DNA of 64,000 nucleotides from Curvularia clavata (lineage: Eukaryota), in assembly GCA_023920165.1 (NCBI GenBank), contig CP089276.1:2728001-2792000 (forward strand), read 5' to 3'. Below the pieces are notes generated by a model. That model did no database searches and was not told the origin of the DNA. It saw only the letters and a list, made by a program, of their open reading frames with translations. Made by a program: the position numbers and the translations under genes. Shown piece by piece: positions 1 through 13,512 of this stretch. Within the stretch, counting starts at the first letter, position 1; each line of letters opens with the position of its first letter.

Positions 1-2506
1 ATAGAGTGCTGGCAAGTGAATGTGATGTCACGTGCTGTCTCGAGCAAACACGGCAAGTGCGAGCCTTATGACAGCCGCAGCAAACGGCTATTTTGGTGGC
101 AACGGCCCGGTGCTATTGTGAGAAGGCTCTTTGTTTCCGAGTATTCATATCATAATATCTACTATTTCACCATCGAGCCATTACTCCTTGGGTTGATCGG
201 GTGGGCCTCCTAGCAAAACAATTAATAAATACAGGTTTGGGCTGCAAGCTAGGTGGGGCGCTTGTCGGTCGTAGAAATCAGGAGTTTGATCTGGAAGGCA
301 GGCGTTGGGTAGCTTCAGTATCTGGGGAGTTATTTGCTTGATTTTTGCTATTTTTGCTCTCTTTAGTAGTCAAACGGATACTAATATGATATTCTTGCCC
401 ACTCCTCTAGTTGTGTGATACTTGTTTTATTGAATATCGTATGTTAAAATTGCTACACACGACTGTAATATGATACCATACTGCCCCTATAGTTTATGGA
501 AAAAGAAGTTGGACACTACCTGATCCGCAGCCCTCAGGTAAAACCCCACAACTCTATCCTATTCCACCATATTCTCAAACATCCGACATGTCCCTTTGAG
601 CATCCAGACCTCCTTCATTTCAACACCGCTATCTGCCTCTCTAAAGATCATCTACCACTCTACTTAATATAAGCGAATTCTCAAACTGTCTCTACTTCTC
701 CATAATCATAAGATGTGCACTCAGTACAGCCACATACAAGGTATCCACCACAACCCCGCATTTAGCTTGACCTGCCCAGACGTGAGGTCTAAACAGGGAA
801 ATAAAGATCCCACAAGGGTTTCTAGAGGTCAAGGTTTTGGCACGGGTAGACTAGGGGCGTGAAAATTGTTGGGACAAGAGACGCTGCTTTTGCCAGCATG
901 ACGTGATGGAGGACAATTCACTTCTAGATGATGCTGAGTGCGATTGGGAGCGTTTTATGAATTCCCATGCGCCTAGGTATCTTGGTCCATATTCCTAGTC
1001 GGGTTAATGCTTGATGCAATCATCTTTGCCTGTTGCCCGTTCATGGAGATGCTGAGCGAAACATTCAACCACAGCCGCGCAGTGACAACGAAGTCCGCGT
1101 ATAATCATGGGGCGGAAAAACAAGGCTGAAGACCTCTGCGAGATGAAGCGGTGAAAGATAATGTTAATCTACCAATGTCACGATGCCAACAATGACCTTA
1201 CCGGTACCGTGGATGAAGACCTGAGGGAAAGGGGGGTTGGATAAGATCATCATTAGCATATGGCGCTTATGATGGGGGTATTCGCTGTCAACAAGGCAGG
1301 ACTGAGACAGCATGTCGTGCGTCAATCGAGTTCAATCCACTAAAATAGACGCGGGATTCTACACCTGAGAGCGTGGTCGTCAAATGGTCATGGCGATCAT
1401 GGTGTCTGAGGGTGTTATGTAGGGCGCCTTGCTTCCTGAAAGTCTGAGGCTGTTGGCTTGTTTAAAATTCAGTGTCGCACAGCATCTGCTGCTGCATTAA
1501 CATGTCATATGATAACGCGCCAGCGCGCTAAGGATATACTGTGGTGTACAGCGAATGGTGGCCGTCTCCTTACGGTTGAACCACTGTGTTGTACAGCAAT
1601 AACGACGGAAGCTGTAGTCGGCGCTTAGCTGTGGCTAGCACAATCCCATTGCACTCTTGTTGCGCGATGAATCTTTCACAATCTCTTTGAGCCAGGGTTG
1701 ATAGCTGAGTAGTGAGCTGTGCCGATGGATGGGTAGCTATGGTGGGGCCAAAGATCAAGCGAGCTCCTTAGAAGTTTTCTTCGTGACCAGCTCCGACCCC
1801 TTTTCCTCCAGCTGCACTACAAACTCAACTTTGTTTTCTAGCTCCTGTCTTGAGGTCCTACTCTGGAATGCTATTGCGTCAGTTTTTTTCAATGCCAGTC
1901 GAGCCGCTGCCTGGGTTGCAAGGCTCCATTCAACCTTTCGAAGGATTCCCTCGGTGATGTGTGTCTGCACACCCTCTCGAACCCCTGGCTTATTTGCTTC
2001 GCTGCAACACAGCCTCTGACAAGCGCTGCGTAACGGATACGGTATCGAATACGGCTGCTGGATGGTCTTGATCGCAGCTACTTTGCATCTGTGAAGACAT
2101 CCCATTCGCTAGACTCATCGTCAGCCCTATCAGAAGATTTCAAATCGCATGTTCCGGTGAGGAATCATTCACGGCCGATGGAAGTGGTTCCCGAAATTGC
2201 CTCATGCGGTATAATCGAGAACCGATGTTTCAGTAATGGTTGGGCGAAAGAAGCGCAAACTTCGCGCATTCTGCCCTCCATATCGACATCATGGTGTGTC
2301 GCCAATCCTCCTGACAACTCATGAGGCTCTGCGTGTAAGACGGATAATGATAGGACCATGGCGCTCCTGCGGAAGCTAGAGTTCCTTGGCCTTTGACAGG
2401 ATCTCACCACATAAATGGTAGCTCCCCAGACTATCGTTAACTTGCCAGATCACTCTATACTTTTCTGAAAAACACAATTCTCCTCAAAAGACATTTCTGA
2501 TCCATC

Positions 2507-3488
2507 ATGGGAGATAACCATAACCTTGATTCCGCTGGACCTTCAGAGAGGGAGCGCTTCAAAGCCCTGTATGACCACATGGGGCTTTTCGAGATGATCG
2601 CGGACTTTCCACCGGCTGGAGTCCATGAAAAATTCCTCAAAGAATGGGCCTTGGCTACTGCATATGTCGAAGGGAAGGTCTTCCAATGCTGGCGATCTTT
2701 AGAGTCTTCTGTCAAAGCCAGTCTCGTATCCGAACCATCCAATCCTCAAGAGGACGCGTTAGTAAGAGAACTAGTTGAGAATTTGTTGCTTCATGGTCTG
2801 TATACCTCATGTTAGCTGATGTTGTTCGCTAGCTGATGTGTAGGACAGCTCAAGTGACCAAGAGTTCCCAAATAATGGGTCGATCTCCATTACCCTCAGT
2901 ACCTTTCATGGACCTGTATCGCGCCGGAAGTGGTGTAGTAGGCACGCGCGCTGCAAATGGCGAACTGGCTTACAGATATGGTCGAAAGAAGCAGCCTGTG
3001 CCCCCAAACCTTGGCGCTATGAATCACGAAGACCTTGAACCAATGACAGAGTTCGTCTGGAAATGGATCGCAAACCCCATAAACGAATGGCTTGTCGCGC
3101 CCTCCAAGAAAATCTTATACCTTCTTCCCATGTACAAAGATGGGAGAAGTCCTCAAGAGGACAAAGGATTGTTCGACGAGAGAAGCATCCAAACCTTTGC
3201 TAATGGGCTCATGAATCTTCTGGTAACATCAATCCTAATCGTACCCATCGCAACATTCAATGTGGTTGAGTCGCAGACAGCTCGGATCGTGGTTATGCCG
3301 CTATTTTGTCTGCTTCTGCTTGCGTTAGCGCAGTACATGGGCCCAAGATCGAGTTTTATTGCTACACTCGCGACCGCGTAAGGCTAGCACCATATTCATC
3401 GAACCGTCTAGGAAAGAGAACCTACTGACGAAGACACAGTTACTTCCAAGCTATGGTTATTTACGTCGGAACTACAAGCGATCGCTAG
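2507..3488 (+). CDS. DUF6594-like fungal protein with C-terminal transmembrane helices; predicted exons 2507-2795, 2849-3377, 3440-3488
   Basis: Two ORFs are joined in frame by intron 2796-2848 (GTCTGT..GCTGAT..GACAG). Intron 3378-3439 (GTAAGG..CTGAC..ACAG) adds AYFQAMVIYVGTTSDR*. The C-terminus LLVTSILIVPI...RIVVMPLFCLLL...ATLATAYFQAMVIYVG resembles the DUF6594 pattern of TM helices ending in A-A-Y-x-A-V-L-V-V-F-V-G. Confidence 0.6.
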
Positions 3489-5176
3489 GCGAGTCGATGA
3501 GTTTAGTTGTCGTATATGAACGGCGCCGTGACCGGAATTCTGTCACGTGGCATGGCCATAGCGCAGCGCTGTCAAGATAGCCAGCCACCGGAAGGCCGCA
3601 ACCCTGCCTAATTTCACCCTGTTATCATTGGACGCCTAGCTCACACGTATCGTGTTTGTCTCCTTCCCAAGCTCTCGCTGCTTATTTGTTCTAGAAATGA
3701 GACCAAGGGCATAATGCTGGAGACTATGTCTATACTAGACTTGTCCACTCTTGGGAATAAAGCTCAGTCTGCCTTGACTATGCGTAGAAACTCAAAGAGC
3801 TACGAGTGCCCCCAAGATCATATCTCTCCATCCTGCACTCTGGTCAAATAACGCTACTGCACGGATGGGGGGCTCTCCCGACTCCCCGGCACCTATTGCA
3901 ACGGCCCTTTGGCATGAGGCTGACACTGACTATACCGCCCTTGGTTCCGCCAACCACGATCGCTTATACAGAGAGGAGGCCATATCCCACACTCCAATTT
4001 TCGGTCATTTTTACTGTTACTTTCCAAAGTTTTTCACAAAGCACCAGCAGTTTCCTGAATCAAACCTGTCCCCGCACATCATCAGTCCATATCTTCGAGT
4101 TTCTCAATACGCGGTAGCTGATTCACGCGAAATGCATTTACCCTCGGACCAAACTACCCTCTATTACGGTCCGATCAACCCTGAGAGCCATTTGCACTAG
4201 CACACGATACTTACTATAGGATAGAGAAACTATTTGGATCAAAATCTACACCAAATACCGCGAGCTCAAACCCACCTACTCCACCCCCTAAAGAAGATGC
4301 TCCTGTCACGAACAAATCTCAACCTGGAGACGCGCCGAGCGTGACGGCTACGCAGAAATCCAACGACAGCGCGTGAACGCGTCTTCCACAGCCCCGCGAC
4401 ACGTGTCGACACACACCAAGCTACCCTTCTATTCGCTACACTGAGCCCGATCGTAGGCAGATATCTACCCAGAGCCACAGTCAGTCTTCAATAGAGCTCT
4501 GCCATGACGAAGAGCTTCATTGTAGTATATCTGGATCATTCTCTTGGCTGATAAAGTCAAGATACACACTTCGAGGCCTTCCGTTGTCATTCATAGTGTC
4601 GATGCTTGGATTTTTTATACTGGAGAAGATTGTTTTGGAATGTGTCTGATAAAATATGGGAGCAGAGGAGTTTTATCTGATTTTACTTACTCAACATGTG
4701 GTCATACTATTTGCAATACAAAAGTTACGCGTTCTTGATACAAAGAATGAAAAACCTAGGGATATCGTTAGCACGACACGTTATTGCGAAGTGCTGCGGT
4801 TATGCATGCTACTCGACAAGGATGCCATCTCCAATCTATCCACGTATGATCTCCAATTCCTGGCGCACATAAGCGAAAAGGAGCGCCGAAGACTCGTCTA
4901 CCCCCACACTATCCTTGTTCTCGTATCATTATTACACCCCCCCCCCCCCCCCACTGAGCTAGAGGAGATTGGGAATGCATATACTACCTCGAGGCGCAAC
5001 AACTAAAATAGTAGTGAAGGAGCAGACTGAAAAGCGTCAAGCCCGACAAGTCGCAATTTGATCCGTCTCGTACGAGAACTGCTCAATCAAACCTGCAGAT
5101 CTACACCAATCTGCTATATCGAAGAGCAGTTGTGCTAGAAAAGCGGACTGTATTAAAGGAAATGTATTCGATAATA

Positions 5177-6937
5177 TTACAACTTAGCAGGTTTATCGAA
5201 CGCAAAGAGTGACCGTCCACTCTTCTCCGCGTCTTGCCATACCCACCCACTCTTGCCTACAACCTCTCCTGCACCGCTAGCCATGTACCTCAGCGTACTC
5301 TCATCACCATGGTTCGCTAAAAACCGCCTATCATTGCTCTTCAGTCGACCCACAATATAGCCCCTCAACGGCTTCCCATCGCGACCAAACTCAACCGTAT
5401 ATGTCTCCACCACTGCCTCACCCTGCGCATCAACCACAACCTCCGGTACATCGAGATCTGTAACCTTCTCTGGAAGCGGGTTCTCTGTCGGGTACTCACC
5501 ATGCTTCCTCGGCTCCTTGCCCAGAACAACTACATATTGGTAGCTCAACACGCCTCCATTACAAAGTACCATTGCCTTTCTACCTTTTCCATCTCGAAGC
5601 CGCCTCGTCACCTCGGTGAACGCATGCATCGAGTAATTGTTGCCCGCGCCGCCAAAAGATGTCAAGCCACCCAGCACCGTCAGCGGTTTATCGCCCCCAG
5701 TCAGTGGCAATCCGAGATGCTGGGCCGCGAGCTTGGGTACAATAGGGAAACAAGAGTAGATGTCGAAGATATCAATGTCTTCTTTTTTAGTATCTGATAC
5801 ATGCAGAGTGGCGTCGATGGAGCGAGAAATGCTAGGTGAAGAGTAGAAGTTAGGGCGCCGCCAGAACTCATCCGCATCGCGGGTCCCAGCGCCGCCGAGG
5901 GGGTAGATCCATTTAGAAGGGGTTACGCCGAGACGAGTGGCGTGCGAGACAGAGGTTATGATGATGGCGGCCGCAAGATTGACCGTGTTGAAAGCATTCA
6001 TCAAGAGGGGATCTGTTGGCGTCAGTAATGTTTGTACGCAATATGGAATGGAAGGCCACATACAGGGATAACAGATCATTCTGTTTTTTCCTCCAACTCT
6101 CGCAATTTCCTCTTCACTTGTCGTCTTCCCATACCCCCACGCTACCTCGTTCTTCTCCGCCACCTGCGCAAACTCTGCATACAATCTCGCGCTCTCCTGA
6201 TGATTATCCCGAAGTGACTGCCCTCGATGCGCACGAAACCCGTTTTCATACAGCGGATAAACATGTATCGGCGCCCCAATCTTATGTATCGCACCGAGAT
6301 CTATCCCAATTAGTACCAAGGAACAAACTACGAGGGGGGGAACTACGGACTATTCCCTAGATCACGCGCTGTAGGCGAAAAGACAGACTCCACAGCCGTC
6401 GAAGGCTTGGTCCATCCTGGAGGCGGAAGTTTCTTCGCTGCAGCACAGGCAGATACTAAGATCGAAAAGCACGTCAGTCGAACCCTTCATACGCCACCAA
6501 ATACCAACACCTAAAAAGAAGAATTAGAAAGAAGAGAAGGGGGCCAAAAACGCACACGAAGCCAATGCCTCACCCCCTGTAACAACAGCAACTCCCACCT
6601 GTCCCCTCGCCACCCTCCTTGCCGCCTCATCTACTAATTTCCCCGGCTTATCGCCGCCATGCTCCGAGTACCTCTTCCACTTCACAACCCGCTCTACACC
6701 TAGCTTCTCAGCCAGTAAGCCCGGTAGATCCGGATACGGCCATGTCCACGTCTTGACGACATCAATGCTGTCGATTGCGGCTTGCAGCGCAGAAATAGAG
6801 GATGGAGAGGCGTCAGAAAGTGCGGAGAGGATGGCATCATGCATTAATTCTGCGGGTTCTCTGGCGGATGAGAGAGAGGTAGAGCGGTTTTTTATGTCGG
6901 CAACGCCTATGATGATGGGCGTGTTGGGGTGGACCAT
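5177..6937 (-). CDS. Thiolase-like protein (acetyl-CoA acetyltransferase-like, TLP1 type with extra C-terminal domain); exons 6937-6556, 6455-6351, 6300-6064, 6012-5177
   Basis: Motifs TPIIIGVAD, REPAELM, VTGGEALAS, YPLYENG, NRMICYPYPLLMNA, DIYSCFP, LTVLGGLTSFGGAGNNYSMHA, VETYTV and GRL..RRFLA. Three canonical GT-AG introns restore a continuous frame. Confidence 0.85.
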
Positions 6938-7379
6938 GTTTTCCTGCTCTTTCTTTGGGCGAATTGATTTGAGATGAGGGAGAAGGAAAGAATCAAGCTG
7001 GCGCTTTGAGATTGGTATCGTTGATGTTTACTATGGCAGGATTTCGGCTATATGGGTTTTCGAGTTTGATAGGCGTTGTTGAATATGGGGAGATATGATT
7101 GGTGGGAGGCGGGGGAGAGGGGTGTAGGTAGTTTGCCGAGGTAACTTGAACAACCGCGACGGTAGCTCGTGCATTCGCGTCAAGTCTATAGTCCCATATT
7201 GTGTTCTACAGCAGATCGTTTCCAGGTCGAATACTGTGTTGAAGTCCTATCAGCTAGCTTACTTTCTCAGCCAGAGACACATTCACTGTGATGGCGTTGT
7301 GTGTAGTCTCTCAAGCCGTGTAGCTAGAACCACACCATCACGCAACTTGATCTTGGACAAAACCGCCTTTGTTCTTTCT

Positions 7380-9973
7380 TCAAACAACCTTGACCTCTTT
7401 CGCTACCGCAGCACACAGCTCCACCCTAACCCCCGCGCCAGAGAGCACATGAATCCAAAGCCTCTGGGTATCACTCAGCCGATCATTCTCGCTCTTGACC
7501 TCTGCAAACTTGACCTCTCCCTTACCACCTCCTTCTTCTCCCTCTTGTCCCATTCTCCAGAGGAAAAGATCCGGGACACCACCACCTCTCTGCCCATACT
7601 CTTGAGCCATGACTTTACACACCATGGCAAGCGCTTCGCCGTCAAAGCACCGCGCGATCTCGAGGAGATCAATAACATCGTAGCTCCAGTCAAGGCCCAC
7701 GACGCAAGTCCTTCGTTCGTGGTGATCGTTGTAGATTCTCTGAATGATACTTGGCGCGTCGCCATTAGAGATCTCATTCAGCCGTGCATTGATCTCGGAG
7801 ATGCGCGAGGGGTAGAAGGCATCGGTATGCAGGTCCAATGGGCAAGTTTGATATGGTGTCTGGAATACGTTGGGCACATACGTAAAGAGTACGTCGAAGA
7901 AGAGGTAGGCAAAAAGCGTTCGTATAATTCCGCCTTCGGAATGGTAGCCTTTCCAACCTTGGTTGCGGTAATGTGATAGACACATTGCTTCGACTGAGCA
8001 CTCGCCATCCTCGCGGGGATCAATCCAGATCGTCTTTCCGCCACGTCTGCCAGAACTTGGATGTGGAGAGTTGCTTCGCTTTGAGGCCATGGGAACTTCA
8101 CGCTCGATGCGTGTCCCTTCCATGGTGACTTCAACCGGCTTTGTCAAGCGCACGTGTGAAAAGTCATGTTGTAGTCGTTTGGGAAAATTTAGAGACATCT
8201 CGAGTTTTGTGATGCGTTTCTGAAGATCATAGTGATGGATAACATGGACAAGGTTGTCTTGTAAGCCGTCTTCGCATGTCTGCAGTGCAATCAGCTTCCA
8301 ATGCTTCTTCTGCCTCTCTGCGCTTCTATTTTCTGTATCGGTAAGTGCTGCCATGTAGTGCTCTTCGAGAAGTGCTTTGCGCTGGTACCATGCCCCTCTC
8401 CGCGAGTGATGGAAAAGTCGTTGGCGCAATAACTCAGTTACAATTTCATGTTCCCGTTTGTGTTCTTTGCAGCGCCTGAGCACGTCAAGCGCTTTGTGGA
8501 TGATGCGTGTGTAGACCCAGGCTGGGGAAAGCCGACGCAAATATGAGCCTTCGCCGCTGTGATATACACTGTCCTCTTTTTCTTGTTCCTCTTTGACAAG
8601 TACCCGCCAGCGGGGATATATTTCCTCAAATGTGTCCAAGATCTCTTGATAGCCTTTCTCCGTCGGTCTACCGCTAAACTCTAGAATGTTGTCTATCCGA
8701 TACTGAGTACGGATAGACGCCTCATACTCCAACAGCAACGACCGTGAAGCGAAGATGTTCGCTGAGCGAGAGACTATATACTCTGGGAAGTTCCGACGTG
8801 CTATCTTAGCCAAGATGATGGTAGTGAGTGACTTTTCTGTCCACTCAGTCGAACGGTAAAAGACAAGATGGACACGCTCGAAGAGCTTCAGGGGAGCTAA
8901 CGAAAGCCGTATACATGAACCCATTTCTTGCATTATTCTGCGTGTGAAATGTGCGTCGCGGTTGGCATCATCCGAAAGATCAGCTTCAGGCTCAAGCTCC
9001 ACGTCCGGGGTCTCTGGCCGTGATCGAGATGTAGATGATCCTCTGGACATCTCAGAGTCTGAACGCTTCAGTCCAACATAGCCTAGGCCAGTTTGCTTCT
9101 GGCTTGTGCGTCGTAGGGCCTTCAGAAGCTCACTCTTGTTCTTTCCTTTGATCTTGGCATCCTTCGCAAGAACCTTGAGTTCGTCGAGTTTCATTAGCGA
9201 GGATGCCTCTTCAAGTGTGCTTATCTCTTCTTCAGAGCGATCAGCAAACGTGAACGAAGTGCCTAGTGTAGTCCCAGTTGGTGCTTCCAGCTCGCCGGGA
9301 TGCGACTCGACTTTGGACGAAGATGCAGGCAATTCGTATGTGCGCTGCAGCCTCTCAGCCGCCGCATCCAGGTCCGAGATGTCATCGTAGTAGCCAAGGT
9401 TCTTTATTCGATGCCAGGCAGACGTCTTCCGCAAGAACAGTCGTACATACCTGCAATCCAACGTCAGAAACAGAGCACACAGTTGTGTAGCATACACACT
9501 CACAGATACTGTGCTTCATAGTCCATGCCCCGCCATATTCGAAAGACTTGTGTTTCGGCTTCGTCAAAGAGATGTCCTTCTTCGTCTAAAACAGTATCCA
9601 GAGCCAAATTGAATGCATCGACATAAAGCGAACTCTTGCCCCTAACCCATGCACGCTTTTCTAAGCGCTCATTGGTGTCTTCTGATTTACTCTTTTCCAG
9701 CGCCTTGTAGGCTTCGTATTCTTTGATGGCGTCATCGCCGGTATCCACGTCTGGCAATGCACTCTCCAAATCTGTTTTATGTTCCTTTCCTTCTTCCTTC
9801 ACCTCTACACGCGCACCATCATCCTCAGAATCAGATACCTGGCGCTTCACCTTTTTGCGCGGTGTAGGTGGTGCCTTTTTCGGGCTATCACCAGGCTTCT
9901 GACGCTTGGTCGGTTGGTCCTGTTCGCCGTCAAAGTTTGTAGATTTCGGGTGCTTAATGAACCGAGTAATCAT
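7380..9973 (-). CDS. FAN1: Fanconi-associated nuclease 1 homolog (VRR-NUC domain); exons 9973-9504, 9450-7380
   Basis: YEAQYLYVRLFLRK is restored across intron 9503-9451. Also SVEAMCL..Y...GWKGYHSEGG, FQTPYQTCPLDL and the PD-(D/E)xK nuclease motif GGVPDLFLW...FAEVKSENDRLSDTQRLW. The first ATG is at 9973. Confidence 0.93.
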
Positions 9974-11584
9974 CTGATTATGAACGGAAAGGCTTCGAGG
10001 GTTGAGGGCCATGGCTAGAGTCGCAGCAAGCTGCTGCGTAGCTCCATCTGTCCAAGGCAGCCTTGCCACTGGAGCGGACGCGATTTCCCCACGATCGCGA
10101 TGTCACATGGACACTAACCTTTTCCGGCCAGAAAGCGAGGGAGCGCCCTCGTGACGTCAAACACCAGAGCCAACGTCGTTGGAGATGGACACAGTCAGTT
10201 TTCAATGGCCCCCAAAACTGCCTAATGCAGCATCATCTCCAAAACGCATCCGCCGGTTGCTTGCCCCCTTTCGTCGAAAAAACAAATTTCAATATGCATT
10301 GATTTCATAATTGTGCCAAGGATCGCCAAATTCACGGCCTCTTGTTGGAGACCAATAATATTTGGAGGCATCTCCACATCTTCCCATGGATTCAGGGCAC
10401 TCCCATTCACACCACACTTGCAGAGCTTGTCTTGAATAGTGTATGCTAATGAATAGTTGTTCATAACCTTGCCTGATGCACGAGACATTATTGGTATCGT
10501 CACGCTTGACAGGAAGGCAACAATGATTCGAGAAGTTCCCTGAAGTTTCTTTTTTGCCCTCGCCACTGCAATCCTCCAAAATCGCTAGATTGGAGATGCC
10601 AACTCCACATCCGCAAGGAAATAGGGGCTTCATCAACTCGTCGATACTGCTTCTACTGGTAATATGTTCCCTCTAAAAGCCTGATGTGGCTGCCCTCTTA
10701 CCCTCCTAACCCCTGAAAGGTTGCTGAGCATGTTTTCATAAACATGGTGATCCTCCTTTCCATATATTCAGATAAATGTGTTTGATCCGCTGTTCAACGT
10801 CAACTGATGGAGCCAGTCGAAAGACGAGTTTTGGTCTGATAACGCATTGAAAATCCACCTCCTTGTTGTTGGCCGGAATCGTGTGGAGAAGCTCGATGGC
10901 TCCCTCAACAACGTGCTCCGGCTTTCGTACAACCAATTTCATTTCCACTACTCTAAACTCATGCATATTTGAGCACCTAACGAGATGGAAAATTGTCTTC
11001 CGGTCGTCTCATAAATTCTAGCGAGATGGCACCGTGGTGTTTGGTCCTCGCTGATACGGTGAAGGTCGAATACTGTATCAGAATATTCCTGGCAATCGGC
11101 AATTTTGCTAGACAAATCGCTTCGACGTCTGATAACGAGATGTTCCGCCGGGCGCTACTGAGTGTTGTCCGCTGGCAGCAACTGTCTTATGATCCTCAAC
11201 TAATGTGCGTACAGTTGTAGAGGTGTGGGCCCTTCAAGTACGCCAAAACTGTTAGCGTCTATCGTAAGGGTCGGAAGAAGAGAAATATACACCCTCTGAG
11301 CATATATCGACCTTTTGAGACATACATGCGAATCCATGGCCACTTCCAAAGTTAAACATCTCGTTTGGTGTTCCCGTCGCGGTTTCATCGCCTGCACCGA
11401 ATGCATGTGTCTGTGGCTCACTCGAATGATGGTGACCAAGGCTAAGAGTAGCCCAATCGATACTTTCCCATGCGTCCAAGTCTGGCTCGGCGACGTGGTG
11501 TTGCAAAGGTCCGATGGGGCTGTTGGCGTCTTCAGCTTTGAAGGGCGCTTCAAAGTATGGCGCAAGCCTACGTACAAGAAAATA

Positions 11585-13512
11585 TCATATATAAGCAAAC
11601 GAATGCATTGGTAGGATGTTGTGGTCGTCTAACCTGAGATTAATAACCCCTTCCCATAGGTGACATACAGCTTCATCCAGCTTGTAGCTGACCCAGCCGC
11701 AAAGATGAAGTCGTTCGAGAAGCATTTCCGCCGATAGCACACCGAATTCTGCGCAGGCGAGCGACGTCTGATAGATGAACCAGGGGGTTTCCGGTGAAGG
11801 TTCGGCTGATATTGCTCCAATGGATAAGATCCAGAGCAAGAGATCGGGACAACTTTGCCACTCGGTTCGGACGGTGCAATTGAGTGCTTTCTCCAGGCGC
11901 TTGCTTGCGGCAAAGTGGAGCAGGTGAACATGCGACTGCACCTTCATCGCTTCTGTAGTGCGCACAGTGAATATCAGCAGCGCAACGCATAGCGCATCTT
12001 CAAGAGGTGTGACCAGGTGTTCGTTTTCTCTTAGCCATGCTAGCAGCGAGCATTCCAAGACGCAGGCAAAGTTTTGAATATCGAGCGGATCGAGGGGACT
12101 TTCGGGATCACCAAACCAGACGTTGAGATCGGCTATTAGCACAAGCACTGACTCGACCAGGGAGACGAGCGAAGTCTTGACACCTGCATAGCGACAGTAG
12201 CTGGTCAAATGTTGTGATATGTTTGGTCGGTAGCCTGGAGGGTGGCGGGGGAAGATTGCTGTGCTAATGAAGTCCAAGGTTGAAAGATTTGGGGCTTGAA
12301 AAGAAGCAACAGCATGAGCGGTCGAATGCCTGGTGCCAAGTAAGCACATGTCCACCCAGTTCAGGTGGCGTTGTGGGGGAGATGTTCACCCACCAAAGCA
12401 TAAAAGCCTGAAGGATGCGATTCGTCTTGATCGCACCAAGTCCTCCGCGCAATTGCACCATTCTCTGCAATCCCCTCTGGTGTATCTGGAGCTGTGTCAT
12501 ATGGTCTTCATCGAGCCTGAAAGTCGGTAGCAACAAGCTTTCCTCGACGGTAAGCAAATTGAAAACGGCGCCGATATTGGCATCAGAAATACCCTCTGGA
12601 GTTAGAATTGCTGCATTCACGGCAGCGATTGCCTGCGCACGGTGGTACAAAATCGTGTCGATGTTGCCTTTACCAAAGACATATGCATGCAACGCTATGG
12701 TGGCGAGGAGACTGTGCATAAAGCCTTGATTACTGATCGCGGTACCGAACCAATCTGACTTCATGAGAGTAGAACGATGGCGAATGTCGACTGCGATGAT
12801 TCCTGGGGCCATCTCGGTGGAGACTGCATCGTAGTTAGTGGTGTCGTCTCCACAAGGTTTTTGCGAACCTGGCATGGTAATGTTCTCAAATGCGGTGCTC
12901 ACGGTCCTTCCCGCAGCTGCTGACGCGACCGGCTTCAGCCTTGGACACACGAAAATCCCGAACCGGGTTTGCCGTACCACCGCATCGGTACTCTGGGACC
13001 CATGGACTATTAAGAGAAATGCAGGGATACCACTTACAGTGCCTCAAGAGTTCGGATATATCTCGCGTTACCTCGACTGACGACGTCCGGAAAGGATCAA
13101 AACATTCGTTGCTTGGGTCTTCTGCAGGCGCAGGGTTCTGCAGCATGCATCTTGGACACAGCCGCTCGCCTGGGGGACAGAGAAAGGCATGGCAGTCGAG
13201 GCAGACATCTCTCTTCGCCAATGCGTAGTCGCTGCGGTTCTGGGGAGGGAAATAATCAGACCTGTTTGGCACGACTGGAGGGCTTGGCGTGGCTGTATTG
13301 GGTGTGTGTGTCAGAGGAGAGGTGCCAACGCTGTTTGGACTTGTGCTTTCCGGGCTTCCGGTCTTTCTTTGCTTTGCGGCGTGCTTGCTGGTAGACCATG
13401 GGTTCTTCCTCCGCGCATTCTGCATAACAAAAGAACGAGCATTGCGGCGGCCTTGGCGAGACGTCTTTGCTTGAGCAGCGTCGACGAACAGAAAGTCTTG
13501 TTGTTGAGACAT
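11585..13512 (-). CDS. Fungal regulator-like protein (Acr-2-related / Fungal_trans_2-like C-terminal domain); exons 13512-13038, 12823-12394, 12329-11585
   Basis: The N-terminal FLFVD...RRNARSFVMQNARRK pattern and the FDPF motif are typical of this family. The helical C-terminal domain includes LYHRAQAIAAVN, SDANIGAV, HQRGLQRMVQLRGG and DLLLWILSIGA. Introns 13037-12824 (GTAAGT..ACTAAC..GCAG) and 12393-12330 keep the frame. Confidence 0.7.

Noticed and set aside
3500..5100. Short ORFs and a C15 run as a possible transposon relic
   Set aside because: No terminal repeats and no transposase or reverse-transcriptase motifs recognised.
7146..7976. 276-aa ORF on the + strand
   Set aside because: Antisense to the FAN1 nuclease domain, non-ATG start, no protein-family features.
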